Shown here piece after piece: positions 55,207 to 61,847 of a stretch of 64,000 bases of DNA. The notes under the pieces are model-generated. The model made no database searches and was not told where the DNA came from. It saw only the letters and a list, made by a program, of their open reading frames with translations. This DNA is from a virus, in the IMG/VR virus record IMGVR_UViG_3300047510_001751, positions 96,001-160,000 of that record. One strand, 5' to 3'. The translations under genes and the position numbers were made by a program. Each line of letters begins with the position of its first letter. Within the stretch, counting starts at the first letter, position 1.

Positions 55207-55460
55207 GTAGTCTAGAGGGTATAATATACTACTCTTGAGTAGTATAATCTATATCTACTACTATACTATAATCATCATACTCTAATTCTTTATTCTTTAT
55301 ATCATATTCTTCTAATTCATTCTTTATATAATCTTGAAAGGTTAATGTATTAGACATATGATTAAAGATTAAAGTTTAATTTTGAAATTATCTTAAAATT
55401 GAAAAAAGTGAAAAATCTTAATTATTGAGTTTTTAAGATTTTTCACTTTTTGGGATTCTC
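55194..55460. other. Structured AT-rich non-coding block
   Basis: Inverted repeats at 55194-55221 (11 bp), 55225-55246 (10 bp) and 55403-55451 (19 bp perfect); ATTCTTTATA twice. Confidence 0.75.
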
Positions 55461-55635
55461 AACTTTCCAGCAATTCTGGATAATAGTCCTCCACCTCAGT
55501 CATCAGCTCTTCATCACTATACTTATCATAACCTTCATCAAGATAATCATAACACAGTTGTGTCATAGTCTTGAGATCCATGTCATCAATCAGTTGTTGA
55601 ATGAATTGATCTTGAAGTTCAGAACGATTAGTCAT
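55459..55635 (-). CDS. 58-aa acidic early protein (MTNRSELQDQFIQQLIDDMD...YYPELLES)
   Basis: Hand-translated; ATGA overlap with the upstream gene. Confidence 0.8.
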   Translation of the reverse strand: MTNRSELQDQFIQQLIDDMDLKTMTQLCYDYLDEGYDKYSDEELMTEVEDYYPELLES

Positions 55636-55760
55636 TTCCGAAGGGGGGAGTTGTTGTAACGTCGAAAGGCAGTGGTGATGATTAGAAGGGTGCTCAGCAC
55701 CCCCACAAATCCTAGAACAGTGATAGCATCACCTTGAAAACCGAGTGTGTCAACAGTCAT
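55632..55760 (-). CDS. 42-aa single-pass membrane peptide (MTVDTLGFQGDAITVLGFVGVLSTLLIITTAFRRY...)
   Basis: Hand-translated; start overlaps the upstream stop. Confidence 0.75.
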   Translation of the reverse strand: MTVDTLGFQGDAITVLGFVGVLSTLLIITTAFRRYNNSPLRK

Positions 55761-55927
55761 CATACATCATAGCAAAGGTACTGAGCCATTTCATCCTTGT
55801 AAGAGTCAATCTCATCATCATTCAACCAAGGCATAGTCAACACAAAATTGAAGTGTTCAACCATCCAAGCATTGAGTGTCATGTGTTCATCATGACGGCT
55901 GATGATGTTGCTGTTGAAGTAATCCAT
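55760..55927 (-). CDS. 55-aa early protein (MDYFNSNIISRHDEH...)
   Basis: Hand-translated; follows the promoter at 55952-55980. Confidence 0.7.
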   Translation of the reverse strand: MDYFNSNIISRHDEHMTLNAWMVEHFNFVLTMPWLNDDEIDSYKDEMAQYLCYDV

Positions 55928-55951
55928 GGTGGATCTCTCAGGAACAAATTA

Positions 55952-56009
55952 AGAATAACATGGGTGGGGGCTGGTGTCAACCCCCTTGTGCCACTTAATC
56001 AGATGGCAC
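55952..56009 (-). promoter_or_regulatory. Early promoter TTGACA-N17-TATTCT plus upstream motif
   Basis: -35 at 55975-55980, -10 at 55952-55957, motif at 55987-56009. Confidence 0.8.
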
Positions 56010-56178
56010 TCGTGCCCTTGCTCACCCACAGGGCAAGCCTCATGGTGCTAGCCTTGCCCACCTGCTCCTTGCTACGACCCGCTGCCATAGCAGCAGTCCG
56101 AAGGGCGGGACGACCCGAATCGGTCTTGGTGGCGGTCAGCACGTTACGAGCGGCTTGGAGCAGTTGCTGTTGGGTCAT
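55999..56178 (-). CDS. Basic early protein (MTQQQLLQAARNVL...)
   Basis: Start moved to 56178, downstream of the CATACT at 56224-56229. Confidence 0.65.
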   Translation of the reverse strand: MTQQQLLQAARNVLTATKTDSGRPALRTAAMAAGRSKEQVGKASTMRLALWVSKGTSAI

Positions 56179-56339
56179 GATCCTCTGGGATAGTGTTGGT
56201 CGGGGTGTTCCCCCGATGAACATAGTATGGCACCCACCAGAGCCACCTGGAAGCCCCTCTGTGCCACCTCTAGAACTGTCACAGTGTCACAGGCTCAAAT
56301 ATTCTGAAGTGTGCTAGGAAGGGCTTCTGGACTAGGTAT

Positions 56340-56364
56340 AAAAAAAGGGGCTCATTGAGCCCCC
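56340..56364 (-). terminator. Intrinsic terminator
   Basis: GGGGCTC-AAT-GAGCCCC followed by T7 on the minus strand. Confidence 0.85.
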
Positions 56365-56373
56365 GAGTATACC

Positions 56374-56538
56374 TTAGTCCCAATCCCCATAGTCATCGTA
56401 ATCCTTGAATTTAGACTGACGTTTATTCCTTGTTGAATAACGTTTCTGATTTTGGACATCATAACCAAAATCTTCAAAGTCTTCTTCAAGGGTCAGATCC
56501 TTAACAGAATCTGTGTACTTACGAGTGCTTTTTGCCAT
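56374..56538 (-). CDS. 54-aa protein (MAKSTRKYTDSVKDLTLEEDFEDFGY...)
   Basis: Hand-translated; followed by a terminator. Confidence 0.75.
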   Translation of the reverse strand: MAKSTRKYTDSVKDLTLEEDFEDFGYDVQNQKRYSTRNKRQSKFKDYDDYGDWD

Positions 56539-56577
56539 TTTTAACTGAAATTACTCCTGTTTTCGGTTATTTATTGC

Positions 56578-56805
56578 TCAAACGGTCACAATTTGAAGAG
56601 TTTGGTCTTCTTTGAGTGCTCGATTGAACAAACGACCCACACTTTGGTGGTTTTCGATAGCATTTTCCACAGTTTCTACAAAATTACCGTTCATATCACG
56701 GTAGTTATAGCTATTACCACTCTTAAATGTAATAGTGACAATGTTATCACTATCTACACTAACAGTCTGAATAGCAGTAGAATCAATGTTGTTAATGGTT
56801 TTCAT
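56578..56805 (-). CDS. KTSC-like small protein
   Basis: STAI..V......V.ITFKSGNSYNY......SVGRLFN matches the KTSC pattern as I recall it. Confidence 0.6.
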   Translation of the reverse strand: MKTINNIDSTAIQTVSVDSDNIVTITFKSGNSYNYRDMNGNFVETVENAIENHQSVGRLFNRALKEDQTLQIVTV

Positions 56806-56814
56806 GTTTATCAA

Positions 56815-56932
56815 TTAAAGGTTAAAGTTTAACTTTGAAGTTTTTGGAAAATCTCAAAAACCTTAAATTTCAAGTTTTTGAGTTTTTTAAGTTTTTGGGA
56901 TTTCTCGATTTCTGAGATTTCCGAACTTCATG
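56815..56932 (-). other. Structured 5' leader homologous to 55362-55460
   Basis: Shared 26-nt and 14-nt flanks; 9-bp stem at 56853-56882. Confidence 0.65.
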
Positions 56933-56937
56933 AATAC

Positions 56938-56995
56938 AGTATAGGGCATTTGCCCAGGGTTGTCAAGGGGGCTGTGCCAGTCCCTGAACTGTCCT
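56938..56995 (-). promoter_or_regulatory. Consensus early promoter TTGACA-N17-TATACT plus upstream motif
   Basis: -35 at 56961-56966, -10 at 56938-56943, motif at 56973-56994. Confidence 0.9.
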
Positions 56996-57002
56996 CCGAG
57001 AC

Positions 57003-57271
57003 TTTTCCACAGGGCTGTGGAAAACTTTGAGTGTCTTAGAGTGGTATCGGTGATACTGTCAAGCCCCTGTGTGCCACTTTGAGAACTGGCATATTTCGGC
57101 TTGACTTTCGAGTGGTGGCGGGCTTAGACAACAACACCTCCGTAGATTTCCATGCTTTCAGCAACATTTAACGAAAGCATTTGTCAGCGATTCAAAACAC
57201 TCAACTATGTTTATTTTAACATTTATTAATAACATAGTTTTCCACAGGTTTTTCCACAGGGTTGTGAAAAA
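57003..57271. promoter_or_regulatory. Cluster of five DnaA-box matches flanking an AT-rich stretch; putative origin or DnaA-titration site
   Basis: TTTTCCACA at 57003, 57238 and 57250; TGTGGAAAA at 57016; TGTGAAAAA at 57263. Confidence 0.6.
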
Positions 57272-57314
57272 CTCAAAGGTATCGTTGACAACAACCTAGT
57301 AATATCAATAGTTC

Positions 57315-57797
57315 TCATAATGCGGAAACTAAGAGTGTTTTCTCATTAACTTGCTTATACAATTCAATTAAATCATTTTGATACCAGTATCGTTTATCAT
57401 GATTGCCCATCTGTTCTTTCATTTGAATACGAATCTCTTCCCATTGTTCAATAGTAGTATTCATATCAACTTCATCAACGTAATTAATTACAAATCCAAT
57501 AAACTGATGAATATAGTCCATTACATGATGAAAGTCTGTATCTCTCCAATACTCACAAAGAATAGTATTAATTGTTTGTGGAGTTTTAAGAAGATCAATA
57601 AGATGATAGATCTCAATACGTTCAAACTTATATTGATAGGTAGAAGAATACCCATTATCTTCATACCGTTTAACTGTATCTTTCCAATCTTTTAGTTCAC
57701 GATCATAAAGACGAAAAGGATTGTAGTCTTGATAAGAAAGTTCATTCGTGATCATTTCCCATTGAGGGAGGCTGAGCCAGATGTTACGACGAGACAT
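57315..57797 (-). CDS. Hypothetical protein (160 aa)
   Basis: ORF track; TATACT at 57821-57826 and an A/C-rich leader directly upstream; motif at 57856-57876. Confidence 0.8.
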   Translation of the reverse strand: MSRRNIWLSLPQWEMITNELSYQDYNPFRLYDRELKDWKDTVKRYEDNGYSSTYQYKFERIEIYHLIDLLKTPQTINTILCEYWRDTDFHHVMDYIHQFIGFVINYVDEVDMNTTIEQWEEIRIQMKEQMGNHDKRYWYQNDLIELYKQVNEKTLLVSAL

Positions 57798-57887
57798 GTG
57801 AAGTTGTTTGAACTGAAGTTAGTATATGGTGTTTTGTGTGGTGATGGTGGTCATGTGTGCCAGTTTAGGAAGTGGCTGGTGGTAGTA

Positions 57888-58457
57888 TTATTCCGCTGTT
57901 CCTATATTAACATCAAACACTACTACCCAACGAGGTGTAGTAATAGGTGTAGTCCAATGGAGAATCTTACCTGGGAAGATCATCACATCACCTTCTTTAC
58001 ATTGTGTCGAAGATACAATACCATCAAAGAGAGGATAAGTATTTGATGAATTGTTTGTTGGTAGGAATTTGGTTGGATTAGGTTCTTCTAGATGTAGGAG
58101 ATAGATCCCTGTGAAATCTGATTGATAATGCCTATGAGGATTACAGACTTCATGGGGATCATAATAATTCCACCAGATAGTTTTTACATTAGATTTGACC
58201 AGTTTAACCTTGTTTAGATTAGAATCAAATTCTTGTAGCATCTGGTTAAATGGATTCCAGATAGCATCAGTTACAAACTCTTTGTGGAATAGATCAAAAT
58301 TAACTAGACCACTGGTTGTAATACCTGTACCATTAACTTCACCACGATGAGCACGTTCTTTATCCTTTTCGAGTTTAGGAAGAAGAATATCTTTGTGTTG
58401 TTGGTGATTAGGTACAGATTGATAGAAGAAAAACTCTGGTGTGAATGTGTGAATCAT
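57888..58457 (-). CDS. Putative 2OG-Fe(II) oxygenase (TIGR02466-like)
   Basis: WWNYY....NPHRH..SDFTGIYLL, EGDVMIFPGKILHWT, RWVVVFD. Confidence 0.85.
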   Translation of the reverse strand: MIHTFTPEFFFYQSVPNHQQHKDILLPKLEKDKERAHRGEVNGTGITTSGLVNFDLFHKEFVTDAIWNPFNQMLQEFDSNLNKVKLVKSNVKTIWWNYYDPHEVCNPHRHYQSDFTGIYLLHLEEPNPTKFLPTNNSSNTYPLFDGIVSSTQCKEGDVMIFPGKILHWTTPITTPRWVVVFDVNIGTAE

Positions 58458-58699
58458 TTTGCTTTTCTTTCTTTGTAATCTTTTTTAAGTTCATGCTCAT
58501 TGTAATACAAGAACACTTCATCAGGATACTGACCAATCCATTCAATGTATTCATCACCAATGGCAATGGCATCATCCATACGATTATCTTCCATGAGTTC
58601 TTGGAAGCGATCTTGCATGTATAATAAGATCTGGTCTGATTGCTCAGACACAGATTCATATTCTCTTTCTTGAAGTTGTTGTAGTTCGTGTTCGTTCAT
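58454..58699 (-). CDS. Small acidic hypothetical protein
   Basis: ORF track; 4-nt overlaps with both neighbours. Confidence 0.75.
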   Translation of the reverse strand: MNEHELQQLQEREYESVSEQSDQILLYMQDRFQELMEDNRMDDAIAIGDEYIEWIGQYPDEVFLYYNEHELKKDYKERKAK

Positions 58700-58932
58700 A
58701 CAATCTCCACGGTAATACGATTTGATAAGTGATCATACGAGACAAACTTGTATGGTTGAGGGAGAGATTCTTGAATTGCTTTGGCGAAGTCATTTGGAAA
58801 ATGCCCATGATAACGCCAAAAGAGATTAGCTTCTCTTAACGAGAGGGATTCTTTAGGTGATGGTCTGTAGGTGGACTCATCTAATTGTGTCAGACAAAGA
58901 AGTTGCTTGACATGATCTGCTACGATGTTCAT
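58696..58932 (-). CDS. Small hypothetical protein
   Basis: ORF track; coupled to neighbours. Confidence 0.75.
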   Translation of the reverse strand: MNIVADHVKQLLCLTQLDESTYRPSPKESLSLREANLFWRYHGHFPNDFAKAIQESLPQPYKFVSYDHLSNRITVEIV

Positions 58933-59147
58933 TTGACGTACATGGCTTTAGTGTTTGCTTGAAGAAAATCAACTGCTGCTTTGAACAGGTCATAATCATT
59001 AGGCAGGAGTTCCATCCAGTCAATTAAATCAAATGAATCCCAGTCTACTGTACCATCTGGATTCATGTCACAAATAACTGGTGTACCCATTTGATCAATC
59101 ATAATAGCTTGACCATTAATTACGAAATACATTTCGTCGTGTTCCAT
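58929..59147 (-). CDS. Small acidic hypothetical protein
   Basis: ORF track; promoter directly upstream. Confidence 0.75.
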   Translation of the reverse strand: MEHDEMYFVINGQAIMIDQMGTPVICDMNPDGTVDWDSFDLIDWMELLPNDYDLFKAAVDFLQANTKAMYVK

Positions 59148-59171
59148 GTTCCTCCGTTGTTGTGTGATGAT

Positions 59172-59200
59172 AGTGTAGCAGGGTTTCAGGCAGGTGTCAA
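59172..59200 (-). promoter_or_regulatory. Early promoter TTGACA-N17-TACACT
   Basis: -35 at 59195-59200, -10 at 59172-59177. Confidence 0.8.
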
Positions 59201-59203
59201 GCG

Positions 59204-59464
59204 TTATGCTTCATACTCTTTGATGACCACATTCTTTTGTGCTGGATACATTTCTTGTTTGTGTAGCACAAAATCAATAAACTTCTCCACACGATCCAAA
59301 CAGGTATCATGTGATTGCATCATCATTTCTTGTGAATACATCAATGGAAGAATTAGATCTTTGTTACAATCAATCCAAATACCGAGTCGTTTGATCTGAG
59401 CATGATACCAAAACACATTCGATTGACCCAAAAGTGATGGACGTTGCTGAATTCTCAGTTTCAT
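59204..59464 (-). CDS. Small hypothetical protein
   Basis: ORF track. Confidence 0.7.
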   Translation of the reverse strand: MKLRIQQRPSLLGQSNVFWYHAQIKRLGIWIDCNKDLILPLMYSQEMMMQSHDTCLDRVEKFIDFVLHKQEMYPAQKNVVIKEYEA

Positions 59465-59754
59465 GGCTGTGTTTCAGTTGGTGCTTGTGGGGCTACTGGA
59501 GGGGCTGGAGGGATTTGTGGCGTGGGTGGCAGCTGAGTTGCTGCTGGAGCCTGTTGTAGGGGCTCCTGGATGGGTGTGGAGAGCTTTTCTTCTAGTTTCT
59601 GCTCCAACTGTGTTAGTTTCTGCTCAATAGCAGGCTGTGGCTCCTCTGGTTTGTAGTCTGGTTGAGTTTGTGCTAGTTTCCAACCAGCAGCACCAGCACC
59701 AAAGATACTAGCCAGTGCTGCTACTGTTGAAATAGTAGATTGAAACTTACTCAT
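59461..59754 (-). CDS. Small protein with N-terminal membrane anchor and Pro/Gln-rich tail
   Basis: ORF track. Confidence 0.75.
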   Translation of the reverse strand: MSKFQSTISTVAALASIFGAGAAGWKLAQTQPDYKPEEPQPAIEQKLTQLEQKLEEKLSTPIQEPLQQAPAATQLPPTPQIPPAPPVAPQAPTETQP

Positions 59755-59938
59755 TTTTGTTGTTAATGATTGCTTTCAGTTCATAGATGGCGTTGCTTAC
59801 AGTCGCCTCAAGATAACCATAACAATAGGGATAACCATGCTCATTTTGAATGGCAGGGTTCTTTGTCACCTTAAGAGCATCCTCAAGACCTTCCAGAATG
59901 GTTTCCAGATGCCAGGTGGTGACTTTGGTGGTGCTCAT
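59747..59938 (-). CDS. Small hypothetical protein
   Basis: ORF track; TAGACT -10 at 59962-59967 with a related leader; motif at 59996-60018. Confidence 0.75.
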   Translation of the reverse strand: MSTTKVTTWHLETILEGLEDALKVTKNPAIQNEHGYPYCYGYLEATVSNAIYELKAIINNKNE

Positions 59939-60110
59939 GTCTGTTGTGTGAACTGAGATCAGTCTACAACGCTCAGGTCATCCAGCAGATCCTCTGGGAC
60001 AGTTTCAAAACTGGTCTCCATCCATTGATCCTCAGCATTCCGTAAGATATTCTTACGAACGCTGTAATCATCATAATAGTATTCAGTTGTTTCAAAATCA
60101 GAAAAATAAG

Positions 60111-60329
60111 TCATGATTCGTGGGAATGATTACCGTTTACAAGTTCAAGTTCGTGTTGTTGATTTTTATAGACGAGCATACAAACATCTCGTCTTGGATC
60201 ATCAGGAAAATGGCGAACACATACAGTCATGTATTCGTCACAGGTAAATTTTACTTTACCATACAATCCTCTATAATATACCTCTGTTCCTTCTGGCAGC
60301 ATATTCGTACTCAGTAACTGGTGTTTCAT
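60111..60329 (-). CDS. Small hypothetical protein (SH3-like beta composition)
   Basis: ORF track. Confidence 0.7.
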   Translation of the reverse strand: MKHQLLSTNMLPEGTEVYYRGLYGKVKFTCDEYMTVCVRHFPDDPRRDVCMLVYKNQQHELELVNGNHSHES

Positions 60330-60534
60330 TTACACTGCTGCCAACATTATCAGGATACATGGTTTGTACAATGTACAATGCTTGGTAATAGCTTGCTGCT
60401 ACCACATACACATCAGCATCAATGGTGCTTGGTGCTTCATCTGGAGCATCTTGTAAAGGTAATGATACCTCCGCAAGATACACATGCCCATTTCTTAGGC
60501 TATTATCAAAATCAACAACCATATCAGACATCAT
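60271..60534 (-). CDS. Small hypothetical protein
   Basis: ORF track; 3' end overlaps the next gene. Confidence 0.65.
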   Translation of the reverse strand: MMSDMVVDFDNSLRNGHVYLAEVSLPLQDAPDEAPSTIDADVYVVAASYYQALYIVQTMYPDNVGSSVNETPVTEYEYAARRNRGIL

Positions 60535-60694
60535 ATTCTTTGTTTAATTGAGATGATAGTTCAAAACGTATTTCTTCAAGCTCTTCACGAAGATGCTTGA
60601 TTTCTTTTTGAAGACCAATGATCTCACCTTGCTGTGTCTTGATTAACTCAGCGTACTCTACGATAAGAGCTTCTGCTTGTTCTAGACTAGTCAT
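60524..60694 (-). CDS. Coiled-coil peptide (MTSLEQAEALIVEY...)
   Basis: Start moved to 60694, 1 nt after the upstream stop. Confidence 0.7.
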   Translation of the reverse strand: MTSLEQAEALIVEYAELIKTQQGEIIGLQKEIKHLREELEEIRFELSSQLNKEYDV

Positions 60695-60695
60695 G

Positions 60696-60812
60696 TTAGT
60701 TCCTAGAGGACAAATGATATTTAGTGTGTTCAATGTTACTGATTTGTGACTCTCGTTGTAGTGTATATTGTGCTACACCAAGAGCAATCAAAGCAATCAT
60801 GATTGATTTCAT
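60696..60812 (-). CDS. 38-aa peptide with hydrophobic N-terminus (MKSIMIALIALGVAQY...)
   Basis: Hand-translated; fills the gap and overlaps the upstream stop (ATGA). Confidence 0.55.
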   Translation of the reverse strand: MKSIMIALIALGVAQYTLQRESQISNIEHTKYHLSSRN

Positions 60813-61018
60813 CCCATACCTCGTGGAAATTGATGCTTACAATCAGGACACAGCCAATAGGCAATACGATCTTCGTGAATAGGTTCTACACCAATCACTC
60901 GTGAAAAGAAATACGGAGCTGAATAGTATTGTCGATACTCTTTGGGGATAGGTTTATCCACCCAGTTTGCCCCACATTCAGGACAGTTCCGCATTTTGGT
61001 AATACATGTGTATTTCAT
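60809..61018 (-). CDS. Zn-ribbon protein (CPEC...CPDC)
   Basis: Two CxxC pairs. Confidence 0.75.
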   Translation of the reverse strand: MKYTCITKMRNCPECGANWVDKPIPKEYRQYYSAPYFFSRVIGVEPIHEDRIAYWLCPDCKHQFPRGMG

Positions 61019-61138
61019 TTACATAAACTCCGCCATGTAATAATCAACAGTCACCTCAAGTTCCGCGGCTTTCTCCTCAATGGCAGCCATGAATGCGGAA
61101 TCAATGTCCAGTTGATCGTGCTTTTGTTGTTCAGTCAT
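61019..61138 (-). CDS. 39-aa peptide (...KAAELEVTVDYYMAEFM)
   Basis: Start moved to 61138, overlapping the upstream stop. Confidence 0.65.
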   Translation of the reverse strand: MTEQQKHDQLDIDSAFMAAIEEKAAELEVTVDYYMAEFM

Positions 61139-61304
61139 TGGTTTCAAGAGCTTCCCAAGCAGTAAATAGTTTAGCATGGAGTTCGTTTCCGTCAACTTGT
61201 GTGTGATTTTCGAGATGAACTTGGACAAGTTTGTTGAGGTATTGGAGAGAACCGATAAGATAGTTAAGTTCTCCAGCACTGAGACGTACATCAACCTCAG
61301 GCAT
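61131..61304 (-). CDS. Small hypothetical protein (MPEVDVRLSAGELNY...)
   Basis: Start moved to 61304, overlapping the upstream stop. Confidence 0.65.
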   Translation of the reverse strand: MPEVDVRLSAGELNYLIGSLQYLNKLVQVHLENHTQVDGNELHAKLFTAWEALETND

Positions 61305-61488
61305 CGTATCCAGCATAGCGTAGCATGGCTCGGCGGGCATCATAAGCAGTCAACTCATTGGGGTAGACTCCAAGGCAGTGGCGAGTCTCACGATCAATGA
61401 TCTCCCACTTGCTGGTGCCAATCCTACCACGAACGATCATGGGGTTGTCAATGCCCAGGGGGTAGGGCTTCTTGGTGGTGGTGCTCAT
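61297..61488 (-). CDS. Small hypothetical protein
   Basis: ORF track; promoter upstream. Confidence 0.7.
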   Translation of the reverse strand: MSTTTKKPYPLGIDNPMIVRGRIGTSKWEIIDRETRHCLGVYPNELTAYDARRAMLRYAGYDA

Positions 61489-61513
61489 AGGGATCTCCCT
61501 TGACTACCCTCGT

Positions 61514-61546
61514 ATCATAGCACAAAAAAGGGGCTGGTCAAGCCCC
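61514..61546 (-). terminator. Terminator overlapping a promoter (TTGACC-N16-TATGAT)
   Basis: GGGGCT-TGACC-AGCCCC followed by T6 on minus; the -35 lies in the loop. Confidence 0.7.
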
Positions 61547-61554
61547 CGAATCAT

Positions 61555-61776
61555 TTAAAATTTTAATGTATACAAATGTGTATGATCATGATAATGTTGG
61601 GATGCTGTAGTTGTATCAAAATGTGTCAATTCATAATTGTTTTCGACACACCATTTCTTCACTCGATTGTAGACAGTATTTGCTTTTTCGCATGTGCTCT
61701 CACCATATTGTATCAGTTCGTTGTTGTCTTGATCAAGATAGTGAAGCTCGAAATACCAATGAAAGGGAATTGCCAT
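61555..61776 (-). CDS. Small hypothetical protein
   Basis: ORF track. Confidence 0.65.
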   Translation of the reverse strand: MAIPFHWYFELHYLDQDNNELIQYGESTCEKANTVYNRVKKWCVENNYELTHFDTTTASQHYHDHTHLYTLKF

Positions 61777-61847
61777 TGTGGTAATTTGATCTGATTTAGT
61801 TTACCAATGTTGTTGGTGGTTGTCAACCGACATAAGTTAATTTAATA

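Noticed and set aside
55450-56317. Plus-strand ORFs 55450-55659 and 55745-56317
   Set aside because: Antisense to four coupled small minus-strand genes that have clear promoters.
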